Positions 40,166 through 57,609 of a stretch of DNA of 64,000 bases are shown in pieces (position 1 is the stretch's first letter; each line of letters starts with the position of its first letter). The stretch comes from Eledone cirrhosa (lineage: Eukaryota). The stretch lies in the NCBI GenBank assembly GCA_964016885.1, contig OZ024740.1, positions 231,942,001-232,006,000 of the forward strand, written 5' to 3'. The notes below the pieces were generated by a model. That model was not told the DNA's origin. It did no database searches and saw only the letters and a list, made by a program, of their open reading frames with translations. The translations under genes and the position numbers were made by a program.

Positions 40166-40616
40166 CAATATATTTAGAAACACACAGATACATGCGGACA
40201 CACACATATATACATGAATGCATCCGCACCCAACTGTGAGTTAAGGGTGCCAACTTCACCGATGTTGCTCAATGAATGACTGGGACAGACCAATTCAGTT
40301 GAACTAGACTGAACCAGTATCAGAGTTAAAAATACATTATGAAGAGAGAAGAAACATTTAGATATAATTAGTAATAAAATGTATCATACCTAAACTGCTC
40401 CTAAATTCCTCGACTACGTAGTTTTGTGGCATAAACAAAAACAATATATCATAAAGACATAGAGTCCTTGCGAGGTCTGCCGACTTATCAAGAGGATACC
40501 TCATTTTACTAGTCTCAAGAACGCGTCTACACGACGTGAGAAAGAATCCCAAAAGGCGGAGGGGGAGATAGTCACATGAGATGTGAGAAAAACCACAGAC
40601 CCTCCATCTCAACTCA

Positions 40617-40654
40617 CCCTTTGAAAAGCAGAAGAACTGCGAAACCGGTAAAGG
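40617..40654 (+). ncRNA. Hammerhead variant with U3-A8 core
   Basis: ccct-TTGAAAA-GCAG aagaa CTGC-GAAA-CCGG-TA-aagg. Confidence 0.6.
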
Positions 40655-40791
40655 AACCAAATAAATATATATATTTAAAAAAAAAATAAGACTCCAGTTG
40701 CATTTTCGATTTCATCTCTTTTTCTTTATACTTTCAATCGTGTAGGACACGTCGGTTATTTTTCATTTTGTAAAAAAAACCTCACTTTCTA

Positions 40792-44012
<3,221 letters not shown>

Positions 44013-44157
44013 CAATCAATCTGCCCAAGACACGGTCGGTATGGATCGTGCCCGACTCCGGAATCGATAGCTCATCAAGCATGTGGAGTCCTTAATATAT
44101 AAACACACACACACACACACACACACATACACACACACACACATATATATATATAGT

Positions 44158-44555
44158 ATTGAAATTTCGTATTTCTAAAGAAACACGGTATGTTTATAGA
44201 TAAATATTTAGAAAGGCGTAGCTATGCAAAACACCGGAGCTGTTGCTCTCTGGTGGTCTCCAGCAGAAGCAAGGGGGATAATCGTCGATGCATTTCGAAC
44301 TTAACTGGTTCTCCTCAGGATGATTCCTCCCACTCTCGAGACTGCTGGACTTGAAAACAGGCGAGAACATATGGTTTTCTCGTCTGCGTAAATGAAGTGA
44401 TTAATCTCATTTGCATATGAAGCGCATAAGTTGGCTCAACTTAAAAGAGAATAGAATTATGAATTAGCTTCATGTATAGCTGTATACAGATATGTATTTC
44501 GTATTTCTAAAGAAATACGGTATGTTTATAGATAAACATTTAGAAAGCTGTACTT
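44158..44555 (-). mobile_element. Retrozyme-like monomer (332-bp period, about 50-bp terminal direct repeat)
   Basis: tttcgtatttctaaagaaa(c/t)acggtatgtttatagataaa occurs at 44165 and 44497. Hammerhead at 44280-44325. Flanks are TA/CA microsatellite. Confidence 0.7.
44280..44325 (-). ncRNA. Minimal type I hammerhead ribozyme
   Basis: Reverse complement: aatcatc-CTGAGGA-GAAC cagttaa GTTC-GAAA-TGCA-TC-gacgatt. Confidence 0.8.
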
Positions 44556-45752
44556 ATATATATATATATATACACACACCACCATAACACTACCCTCAAA
44601 AATCCCCTGAGAGGAATAGGTACTGACTGCATATAGCTTGGTTTTGTTAAACCATTAGACAAGGCTAATTGCGAAATAATCTGTCATAATTTAAGGCACG
44701 GGTTCTCAACGGGAGGCATTTCGGATCTCCATGGGGGAGGGGGCGTTTTGGGGCAAGGGGCGTTACGGGGCCGTTATAAGCTTTGGGGGGGCGCTAGGCT
44801 ATTTACTTTGGTAAGTTTTATAAGCCATATTTGTACGTCTCTGAGACAGTCAATGTGAATGCATTTGAATGAAGAAAACAAAGAAAATAAATAAAAGAAG
44901 CTTATCAACGAATTCCCTAGGGAGATAAAAGTAAAACGAAAGAAAACAAAGAAAATGAAAATAAGGACAACGTCAACTTTTACAACAGTTACAAGAACAA
45001 CAGAAACGACAAGAAAAAGAAGCAATGGTGATGAAAGGTGTGGGTGTACATACATACACTCATACACACACATGCATACGTACATACATTCATACATGGT
45101 GGCTGCCAACTCGTTTTCGAGTACGGCCACTACTTTATATCCATGTAGGAGAACCCCTACTGATGCGCTGAACGAGTGTGACTTTTTAGTCCAGGCAGCG
45201 ACTTGAAAACTCTGGTACAAACACTACACTTGTGACAATTATTGACACATAGTGCTGGGCCCATGGTACCATGTGAGCACAAGTGCAGAGAGATCTCCAG
45301 ATATAAAGCAATGCCTGTGCCGTGAAGCTTTTATAGTGAGCAAAGGCACTGCACAAAGCCAGTCCCACTCTCTTAACCAAGATGATATTTACCAAAAAGA
45401 AGAACAAGTCAACATCATTGGATACCATCAGGGTTGCAGGTGTTATATCAGAGTTTTCCTTCTCCTAGAATTCTGCCTTGACAAAGGCTAAGGGGTCATC
45501 TCTCCCAGTGATTTTGGATGGCCATTCATACATACATACATACATACATACATACATACATACATACATACATACATACACACAGGTCGGCGTTGGTGCT
45601 TGAGAGAGCTGTGGTATTTAATCTCCCTAGGTAATAAAATCTGGATACAAAAAAGATAAATGATGTCAAAATCTTTACACATTTAAATATAAATGCATGT
45701 ATATATACAAATGTATAAATAGCTATATACATAGGTATATGTATGTATGTAG

Positions 45753-45812
<60 letters not shown>

Positions 45813-46080
45813 TATGTTTGGCATGTAATGTCTACGCGATGGTCCAGGTCAGTCAAAGATTTTTCCTGAGTTCAGTTTTTTTCATCGCTATGGTTTCTGC
45901 GCCCCGTCTATTGGTCGGTGTATTTGATTTGCAAAGCTGTCTAAACGTAATGTTATAACTCTGGGGTAATATTCTCCATTGAGTGCTTAGCTGAACACCG
46001 AAACTGCATTCGTTAGCTTGGCTGCTACCAAAATCTTCGTTGATGCTGTACTAAAATTTGTATATATATATATATATATA

Positions 46081-49000
46081 TTGTTATACTTTGGGAGGGT
46101 CATGTTGCCAATAAGAAACACACGCACCAGTTGCATTCACTTCAATTTATTATAATAAATTTATAATAAATTTATAAATTTATAAATTTCTGGTTGGTTG
46201 ATTGGTTCCACAACCAGATAGTTGTTTATATATATTGTCATAGTTCTTTCGTCGCACACTCTGTGACCTCTTCAGTGACTGGGGATTCCTTTCTTTGTTT
46301 CTGTGTCTCTCCTTTGTTCTGTCCTACGCCATTTTGTTTTTGTGTGTGTGTTGTGTGCTCAGGCTGCGCATGCGCCACATCCGGGTGTCTGTGTGTGTTT
46401 ATGTTCATTTATTTATTTGTTTATTTACATGTTACTGGTTGGTTGTTTGTTCTATGTGTGTGTGTGTTTTCATTTTGTCCTTAATTGTAAGTTGTGATGT
46501 TGCTGTTCCACTCATATTTTCTATTTAATTTTGGTTGTAATTCTTTTATGTTTATTGCCTCTGTAATTTGTCTAAACGTTGCGTCTTTTCTGTGTGTAGA
46601 TTCTATTTTTATTTCTATGTTCTCTAATTTACCCTTGTGTTCTATTTTAGCATGTTGGTAGAGTACAGATGATTCTTTACTATCTTGAAGGTCTCGGCAG
46701 TGTTCATTTATCCGTTCCCCTACACTACGAGCTGTCTCACCTATGTACACTATATTTTTGTCTCTACATTGTCCTTCGGTACATCTTATGCTATACACTA
46801 CATTTCTAGTTTTACAGTTAATATGGGGGTTTATTTTACAGGTTATACATTTCTTATCTATACATGGGGGTCTTTGAAAAGGGTATGTCTTGCTAATGAG
46901 TGTTTTTACGGAGGTACCTGGTCTTTCTACTATCTTAATATTGAGTTTATGTTTATTTAGGGCCCTTCTAAATTTGTAAGCTAATTCAGCTCTAGGGGTT
47001 GTATCGATGAACATTACACTCTGGTATTTATTGCTATCATACCATGAGTTTATTCTATTAGCCTTGTTCCTAGTTCTTTCTATTCTATTCCAAAATTTGC
47101 TCCTATACAAGGGGCAGGTCCCATTTATGTCATTATTTACCATATTTTCCCATTTGGTTCTGGCTCCTCTATACACTCTGATTTTATCTCTCTGATTGTA
47201 GCCAGAGAACTGCATACGGTGGATGAAGTGTTGTATGTGTCTCTCTAGTTCTTCGGGGTTGCACATGCGGGACACGTTTCTCATCACCCGTACCAAATCC
47301 GCAATCAGTATGTTGATTTTGGTATGGTCCGAAACGGCCGAATTTCGGTGGATCAGATGTTTGGAAGTCATGGGTTTGGCATAATGGGAATGGAGGATTT
47401 GTTTTTTTATTATTAATGGTATCTAACCAGAGCTCTGTGTCTAGTACAAATATATATGGTAACACAATAATAGATAACGATGAGTTATCTGTATTATCTC
47501 TACCCCCGAAATTTGCGACATTCAAGAAGGTAAATATGATTAGTTGTCTGTCAGAAATAGAAAAATCATTTACAAAACTACGCTGGAGCCTCAAAAACAA
47601 AAACAAAAACAAAAGCAACAATATACGCACACACATATACAACACACATCCCAACAACAACAGACACACAGACACACAGACACAAACAACAATAACAACA
47701 ACACACACACCAACAACAACAACAATAATAACATACCCAGAAACAACAACAACAGACACGCAGACACAAACAACAATAACAACACACACAACAATAATAA
47801 CACACACGGAGACAACAACAACACACATCAACAACAGCACACATCAACAATAACAACAACACACATCAACAACAGCACACATCAACAACAACAACAACAA
47901 CACACACATATTCAATGCCTCTCACCACCACCACAATCTTAACAAGACACAGAGAACAAGTAATGACAGTAGCACAGAAATCACAGAAATAAGGGAAAGT
48001 AATAGGATTAAAAGGAGAAGGGAGACTAAGGACAAAGAAAATAACCAAGACGAACACACAGACACACAAAATAGGGTAGATAACAACAATGAGCCAGTGG
48101 AAAGAGACAGGAGTAATTATGAGAGACATAGAAACAACCATGAGGCTGTTGGTGGAAATAGAAATAGAAACAACACAACTAACAATAACAATAGCACTAG
48201 TACACATAAAGCAGCAGCCTACGTTTTATAATCCCTCCGATAAATCGTTCGACCTGCGACGAGTCCACGCCACGACTTTACCATTCAACAAACGCACGCA
48301 ATTGCCGTCGCAGGTCGATGAACAAACAGAAGCACAATTTAATATAGCTAGATCCGAACTTAGAAATATTATAGAACAGTATAGCAAGAAGCATAATAGA
48401 ATGGAGGCCCAGCAACTGGGAGAAAAATCTGCAAATGGCTTGCGTAAGCTCATGCAGCGCTCGCGTAATGGAGAGATAGCATGCTTTCCAACAGACAAGT
48501 CTGGCCGAATGTCGGTTGACAGCCTGCCAAACTACATCCAGGCAATGCAACCCCACATCACTAACACAAGAGAGGTAACACCACAGGAGCATGAGGATAG
48601 AGAAAAAGCCCTCAATGCCCATATGGTGATGTGGACGAATATAATGCAGCCCAACAAAAGGACTGCCAACAACTTCCAGGCCTGGAACAATGACGTGCCG
48701 GCGTTGTATGGGCTTCGAAAAGACCATAAAACGGGCAGTGACCCTGTCGCGGGACCACCAACACGGCCAGTCTGTGGAGCTAACATTGCTAGCAACTACA
48801 GACTGTCCTACTTCCTCTCCCTGATCATACGCCCCATCATTGAAATGTCCCCAGATGTGTGTGACAGCACGGAGGACCTCCTCAGCAGAATCGGCGTGAG
48901 TAACCGATCCAGGGACCTAACAAACTGCATAATAGGTAGTATGGATGTTGTGTCCCTGTATCCATCTATTGACGTGGATTTTGCTGTGGAGAAATGCGTA

Positions 49001-51050
49001 GAAATGATCAGTGAGAGCAATGTTGAGTTCCGTGGGATTGATACCAGTGAGCTGGAACTCCTACTTAAACTTACCTATAGTAATAATTACCTAGACACAT
49101 ATGACCTTAGCAACCTGTGTCCTACAAGACCAGCAAGAGGCAGACCACCTACCATTACCTCAATGGCCAAGAAAACCCACACAGATAGATGAAACGGGTG
49201 GACCAGAGCCATACGGACACCCGAAAACAACGATGAACTGAAGAAAATGATTGCACATGCGGTAGGGGCCAGCATAAAACTAACCCTTAAGGAACATGTG
49301 TTCAAATTTAATGGAAAAACATATGCCCAAGAGGAAGGAGCAGCCATTGGTGTTAGCATTGCAGGCGACATAGCTAACTTATTCATGGTATGGTGGGACA
49401 GTAGACTTAAACTTAAACTTAAAGAACAATTAGAAGACCCCTTAACCCTGATAATGTACTCCCGCTACGTTGATGATATAAACATCGTAATTAAGACACC
49501 CCCACTAGAGAACAGTCAGGAACTAGAGAAAAACACAATGGAAAGCATCCAGCAAATAGTTAACTCCATCCACCAGAGCATTAGAGTCACTGTAGACTAC
49601 CCAAGTAAACACTCCAACCATCGATTACCTGTACTAGACACAGAGCTCTGGTTAGATACCATAAATAATAAAAAAACAAATCCTCCATTCCCATGGTGTG
49701 TGTGTTGTTGTTATTGTTGTTTGTGTCTGTGTGTCTGTGTGTCTGTGTGTCTGTTGTTGTTGGGATGTGTGTTGTATATGTGTGTGCGTATATTGTTGCT
49801 TTTGTTTTTGTTTTTGTTTTTGAGGCTCCAGCGTAGTTTTGTAAATGATTTTTCTATTTCTGACAGACAACTAATCATATTTACCTTCTTGAATGTCGCA
49901 AATTTCGGGGGTAGAGATAATACAGATAACTCATCGTTATCTATTATTGTGTTACCATATATATTTGTACTAGACACAGAGCTCTGGTTAGATACCATTA
50001 ATAATAAAAAAACAAATCCTCCATTCCCATTATGCCAAACCCATGACTTCCAAACATCTGATCCACCGAAATTCGGCCGTTTCGGACCATACCAAAATCA
50101 ACATACTGATTGCGGATTTGGTACGGGTGATGAGAAACGTGTCCCGCATGTGCAACCCCGAAGAACTAGAGAGACACATACAACACTTCATCCACCGTAT
50201 GCAGTTCTCTGGCTACAATCAGAGAGATAAAATCAGAGTGTATAGAGGAGCCAGAACCAAATGGGAAAATATGGTAAATAATGACATAAATGGGACCTGC
50301 CCCTTGTATAGGAGCAAATTTTGGAATAGAATAGAAAGAACTAGGAACAAGGCTAATAGAATAAACTCATGGTATGATAGCAATAAATACCAGAGTGTAA
50401 TGTTCATCGATACAACCCCTAGAGCTGAATTAGCTTACAAATTTAGAAGGGCCCTAAATAAACATAAACTCAATATTAAGATAGTAGAAAGACCAGGTAC
50501 CTCCGTAAAAACACTAATTAGCAAGACATGCCCTTTTCAAAGACCCCCATGTATAGATAAGAAATGTATAACCTGTAAAATAAGCCCCCATATTAACTGT
50601 AAAACTAGAAATGTAGTGTATAGCATAAGATGTACCGAAGGACAATGTAGAGACAAAAATATAGTGTACATAGGTGAGACAGCTCGTAGTGTAGGGGAAC
50701 GGATAAATGAACACTGGCGAGACCTTCAAGATAGTAAAGAATCATCTGTACTCTACCAACATGCTAAAATAGAACACAAGGGTAAATTAGAGAACATAGA
50801 AATAAAAATAGAATCTACACACAGAAAAGACGCAACGTTTAGACAAATTACAGAGGCAATAAACATAAAAGAATTACAACCAAAATTAAATAGAAAATAT
50901 GAGTGGAACAGCAACATCACAACTTACAATTAAGGACAAAATGAAAACACACACACACATAGAACAAACAACCAACCAGTAACATGTAAATAAACAAATA
51001 AATAAATGAACATAAACACACACAGACACCCGGATGTGGCGCATGCGCAG
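46081..51050 (+). mobile_element. Penelope-like retroelement with a large inverted 3' duplication
   Basis: The forward frames give LSLPPKF, TDKSG, LYGLRKDHK, RPVCGA, GSMDVVSLYPSI, QEEGAAIG and YSRYVDD, plus a GIY-YIG ORF at 50043-50933 (NVVYSIRC..YIGETARS..R..EH). A near-identical GIY-YIG ORF lies inverted at 46481-47371. There are frameshifts or stops between the ORFs. Confidence 0.9.
46237..46279 (-). ncRNA. Minimal type I hammerhead ribozyme (3' end of the inverted PLE arm)
   Basis: Reverse complement: gtca-CTGAAGA-ggtcacagagtgtgcgac-GAAA-GAAC-TA-tgac. Stem II is imperfect. Confidence 0.7.
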
Positions 51051-51489
51051 ACTTTTTTTAGTTTCAGAAGATCCCGTTAAGCGATTCTTTGCTCAAACTT
51101 TAATCTGTTATTTTAATAAATATTTGCTCCAAGGTTCTGATATATTTGATATATATTTATCCTTATCGACCCCTCTTTGGATTTTAGTCTTCAAATTTAT
51201 TATTATTACTATATATATATATATATACACACACACAGACACACACATATATATATATTTTTTTTCCTTTTTTCAGTCTGGTCTACCTCTGGTGGTAGGT
51301 TCCGTCCCGTAGATAGGACTCAATGTAATCTTGTAAAATCCATAGAAAAGTTCCGTGTTCCTCTGAATTAATTCTTTAGATACAGAATCAGATATTAGGT
51401 ATTAAATTAACAATAAAAAAAAACAACAAAACAAAAACAAAGTTATAAAGTAACTTGACTTTGTTCTTTTTATTTTCATTGTTAACTTG

Positions 51490-51541
<52 letters not shown>

Positions 51542-51569
51542 CACTGCGCATATATATATATATATATAT

Positions 51570-51830
51570 GCGCAGTATGACAAGAAGCTTCCTTCCCAAC
51601 CACATGTTTCCGGGTTCAGTCCCACTGCCCGGGCCGACCAAAGCCCTGCGAGTGGATTTGATAGACCGAAAATAAAATAAGCGCGTCGTATATATGTATA
51701 TATGTCTGTGTGTGTCTTTGCGTTTGTGTTTGTCCTCCCACCAATACTTGTTGGTTTGTTGACGTCCCCATAACTTACCAAGGAGATGCTCCAGTATGGG
51801 CGTAGTCCAGAGACAGAAAAAAAAGTAAAG
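51570..51830 (+). mobile_element. tRNA-derived SINE (family B)
   Basis: aagaagcttccttcccaaccacatgtttccgggttcagtcccactg (tRNA-like head) ..ccgaccaaagccctgcgagtggatttg.. and a tail ctccagtatg, similar to the LINE tail near 54255. Confidence 0.65.
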
Positions 51831-51863
51831 TCTATATATGTGTGTGTGTGTTTGTGTGTAGAA

Positions 51864-52254
51864 GAGGGGTCTCAAACTCAAGGACATAAAAGGGCCATTA
51901 CGTCCAGGAAGAGAGGCACTGGGTCAAACGTGGTGGTGGGTGATGATTTTCACCAGTTATAATCATTTCTACTATAGGCATTTCTACTTTAGGGTCCCGT
52001 CGATTACATCGATCTCAGTTCACAACTGGTACTTAATGTATCGACCCCAAAAGGATGAAAGGCAAAGTTGAGATCGGCGGAATTTGAACTCGGAACGTAA
52101 AAACGGAAGAAGTACCGCTACGCATTTCGCCAGTTGTGCTAACGATTCCACCAGCTCACCGCCTTATTTTCACTAGTTATAATGGAATCTGAAATATTGG
52201 TTCTACCACGGGTCATAGAAAAGTAGTTCGCGGGCCGCATGTTTGAGCCCCCTG
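51864..52254. mobile_element. hAT-like MITE carrying a nested SINE
   Basis: TIR-like ends AGGGGTCTCAAAC and GTTTGAGCCCCCTG. The SINE at 51964-52165 (-) is flanked by an 18-bp TSD, attttcac(c/t)agttataat. Confidence 0.65.
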
Positions 52255-52514
52255 TTGCAGAGATAGATAGATAGATAGACGTGTACCAAACACATACACA
52301 CACATTTCTTACTCTCTCTCTCTTTCTCTCTCTTTCTCTCTCTTTCTCACTCTCTCTTTCTCACTCTCTCTCTCGATATCTCTCTCCATATATATGGCGT
52401 TGTTATTTGGCGTTGTTGAAAAGAGCAGTGGCCTTTGACCCGGCAATAAAAACTGGAGTCAAAATTCTTTCTGTACCAAAAACAAGGCACACACATGTTT
52501 GTTTGTGCGCGCGT

Positions 52515-52590
<76 letters not shown>

Positions 52591-53261
52591 ACGCACGCGC
52601 GTGTATGTGTGTGTGTGTGTATATCTCTCTCTCTCTATATATATATAAAGGATACAGATATTGTTTGCTCACTAAGCATCTCAATTCATTCGTTGCAACT
52701 AAGTTTGCGATCGAGGCACTTTATTTTGCAAGGTACTATTTTCTCCTTGAGCTTCTGATTCAAGAGAAAGGTAAGAAATTCTTCATATTTTGCATCTTTT
52801 GTATTTTGACTTTACAGTTTGAATTGTAGAATTGTCTATTCACTCAAAATATTACAACAGCTAACAGTGAAATATATAATTAAAAAAAAGCTTTTTCGAC
52901 TGACATCAAGTGTTTGAGAACATTCACGTCTATTTTTCAAAAATATATAATTTGAAATAGCTTGCTTTTGTTTTGGACTGAAACTTTTTGTATTTAATTC
53001 GTACGAGTATTTTTTAAAGATTTTTTTAAAGATTCTAACATAACTTGATTTGGCCCAGTAATCTACTGATATAAAAATCTTATATATTGAAAAATGGAAA
53101 AATAGGGGGGGGGGGGGCGTTTCGTGATTTCGAGGGGCCGAAATGGGTTGAGAACCTTTGCTTTAAGAGATCTTACTATGACATGAAACTTCCACGAATG
53201 GTTCTTTGAGTTCTTAGAAGGTAGGAAGTAATTTGTCGGTGTAAACGTTTTTCTCTCTGCC

Positions 53262-54290
53262 AAGTCATCTGGAATAATTGTTATATCTCAGGGCACGGTT
53301 ATAGGACCATTATTATTCACCATCACCCCATCAGGTATAAATAAGTTCACATGTAAACTTAACCAACCTAAGTGTACATGACACAAACATATCATTGGAC
53401 CTCCAAATATCAGAAGATTTCCTTTCGCTCCAAAATAAAATGAGTTAAATCTCATTTATTGATGGACAGATGAAAATCATATGAAATTTATTCCATCGAA
53501 TTTCAAGGTTGTCATTAAGGTGAAAATAAACACAATACACATTATTTGACCCCAGATAACACAACTATTCAGAGCGCTAATGACATACGGGATGTAGGAA
53601 TAATCATGTTAAATGATACCTCTTTTATTAGACACATCGCCTAATTGATGGATTCTGTGAACCTTCGTAACAAGAGAACCAGTAGTTATGCTGAGTCTCT
53701 GGAAAACCTTAGTCCTAAGCAGATTAGATTACTGTTCACAGCTTGGTCTCAAAATACACTCGCCACTTAGGAAAAATTAAAATCTTACAGAGATTGTCCA
53801 CTAATAAAATAACTTCGGTGAAAGACCTCGATTACTGGGAACGGCTGAAGGGTCTGCCTCTCTACTCGTTAGAAGATGGAAGAGAAATTCTTGGGGGCAG
53901 AGGTGGGGTCATTTTCCAAACTTCAGCATTATGGCGAATTTTAATCCACGATCTGGTAGTTACTGGCATCTTCAAATATTTCACCTTCAAAGTCCTAATA
54001 AAAACCACTATTGTACCAATCTGAAATTTAGAGCACTCCAATGTTCAACTGACTACATAAAGAAATCAGAAATATAAAAGGAACATCTATTTAAACATTC
54101 AAAAAAGCAATAGATAATCTCCGAACCCTTGTACCGGGAAAGCCAATTATTCAAGGATACAATCAAGGAAGATCAGCTGCTATAAACCCAATTATAGTCA
54201 AACCCTCAGCCATAAGAGTACAAACAGACTGAACGAAAATAAATCAAGACAGCACTCCAGCATGACCGCAGTTCAAGGGCTGAAACAGTT
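53262..54290 (+). mobile_element. Degraded CR1-type LINE 3' portion (RT)
   Basis: QGTVIGPLLF, WTDENHMKF, VLSRLDYCSQ and DLDYWERLKGLPLYSLE occur in broken frames. Confidence 0.75.
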
Positions 54291-54301
54291 TTAAAAAAAG
54301 A

Positions 54302-55045
<744 letters not shown>

Positions 55046-55438
55046 AAAGGGACTACATTGATATATGGACATGTATGTACGCACGACTAATCTAATGTTT
55101 ATCGAGTCAAACAAGACGTAAATCAATTCACAACAAACAAGTTTACAAACAATTCACTTCAACGGTGGAACGTACTGTTGGATGAGTCGATGAATCAATA
55201 CAGGGATCCCAGCGGTAGCTTCATTATTTGACCATCTGACCAAAGCACTTAAAAGCGAAGGTCACTATCAACGTAAATATGTACTTAGGGAGAAACCAAT
55301 CTCCTTTAAATAGTCCTTTTTGGCGGGGATGAGTTAATGTGTATTAGCCATGCTTCATATGGGAAACAAATGAACACATTAGCACAGAATATTCGTCTGT
55401 TTACTTCTCTGTGTGTGTGTGAATGTGTGTGTGTGTGA

Positions 55439-55498
<60 letters not shown>

Positions 55499-55701
55499 GT
55501 GTGTATGTGTGTTTGTGTGCGAGTTTGGAATTTATTTGAATTATTCATTGAAGTCCTGTTAAAATATATCTACATTTATGTGTATGTATGCAAATATTGT
55601 GAAATATGCTTGTATGTATATATGTATAATCATACATATTCAAATACATACATACATACACGAACACACACTCTTTCTCTCACACACACCCACACACCCA
55701 C

Positions 55702-55740
<39 letters not shown>

Positions 55741-55761
55741 TGTTACCTCAATATATTCTCT

Positions 55762-55829
<68 letters not shown>

Positions 55830-56098
55830 ATAGATAGTGCGTACATATATTTATTATTTTTTTAATATCCAATTGAGTTCTTAAACGCGTGGTTAAAATA
55901 CCTAACAGGCTTCAATGACCAGCGTGTATATTGTTTTATATTTTACGATGACCTCCCCTCTCCCTTTTGGGGACAGTGTGAATTTTCTTTTTGAAGGGCT
56001 ACTGGCTTTTCAAATTTAGCTGTCCTTCTACCACTGACGGAGACCATCACTAATTTATTAATATCTATGTAATTTTTTATATTGAGATTGCATGGGCA

Positions 56099-56221
56099 TC
56101 CACTGATGAGTTATAAGGGCCCGCTTGTATGTATGTCTATAGATTATATACACATTTCTACATAACTTGGACATTATTTATCCCAACGTGAAGAAATCTT
56201 ATAACGAAGCGATCGTATGGA
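56099..56221 (+). ncRNA. Hammerhead-like motif with a greatly extended stem II
   Basis: tcca-CTGATGA-GTTATAAG..(about 80 nt)..CTTATAAC-GAAG-CGATCG-TA-tgga. One core deviation (GAAG for GAAA). Confidence 0.65.
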
Positions 56222-56470
56222 AAGAAAGAGAGATTTATTTAATTATGTCTCATATAAAATAATACAACCAACTTTCCACGGAATACTGTATAGTTAGCAC
56301 CCCAAACACTTAATTGGGATTATACTTAGGTATATCCTAATGTGTGTTGAGTGAGAGAGAGTTGGTCAGAGTCTCGCTTAAAGCTTTCTGTGTTAATGTA
56401 TTAAATATATATATATATAAAATAAAATAAAATAAATGAGTCAAATGTTTAAAATTTGGCTTCGTTTATT

Positions 56471-56525
56471 ACTGCTATATATATTTCGGTGACAACCATC
56501 TTTGGCTGTGACCTCTTCAGGCAGT
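56471..56525 (-). ncRNA. Minimal type I hammerhead ribozyme
   Basis: Reverse complement: actgc-CTGAAGA-ggtcacagcc..ggttgtcacc-GAAA-TATATA-TA-gcagt. Confidence 0.8.
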
Positions 56526-56695
56526 CCGAATTAGTGTGGTAGAGACGAGTACACATGTTGTTGAGGTGTATAATTACGATGTGATTCCAGTTCCCCAATG
56601 AAACAACAACCCAACCAGGAACTGGGCATATCAGAGTATTGACAAAGTTATACACCTCAACAACATGTGTACTCGTCTCTACCATACCAATTCGG

Positions 56696-56750
56696 ACTCC
56701 CTGAAGAGGTCACAGCAAAAGATGGCCGTCACCGAAATATATATAGCAGT
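56696..56750 (+). ncRNA. Minimal type I hammerhead ribozyme (mirror copy)
   Basis: actcc-CTGAAGA-ggtcac..gtcacc-GAAA-TATATA-TA-gcagt. Confidence 0.72.
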
Positions 56751-56892
56751 AATAAACGAAGCCAAATTTTAAACATTTGACTTATTTATTTTATTTTATA
56801 TTACTCCGGAGTAATCAAACCAACCTGCGCACTTCGTCGAGTGCTCCAATCTGCATATTGAGGTGTTGGTACACAACCAACATATACTCAAA

Positions 56893-56974
<82 letters not shown>

Positions 56975-57109
56975 ATCAAAAGAATATATTGAGTTAAAAA
57001 CTCACATTAGTCCCTTATAATCTTATAATCAAAATAGCTCAAGGAAAAAAAGTTCCGAGCCTTATAATACAATAAAGAGAGACAAACACAAAGGACGTGA
57101 TTTGAACGT

Positions 57110-57430
<321 letters not shown>

Positions 57431-57609
57431 TAAAATTTTTGAAGCTTTCCACTATGAATTTGAAAACTGACAGCTTAGCACCATCTAGTGTGCTCCAACA
57501 GCAACTAAATACGGGCAATCAGTGATGCTGATGTCATCATTTGTGACTTTAGTTGTTATTAAACTGGTACTGCCGACCGCTTACTGTTGGAACATAATAT
57601 AAGTTAACA

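Noticed and set aside
47184-47942. Hydrophobic Val/Cys-rich ORFs resembling membrane proteins
   Set aside because: They derive from ACA/CA-rich low-complexity sequence within the PLE and its inverted arm.
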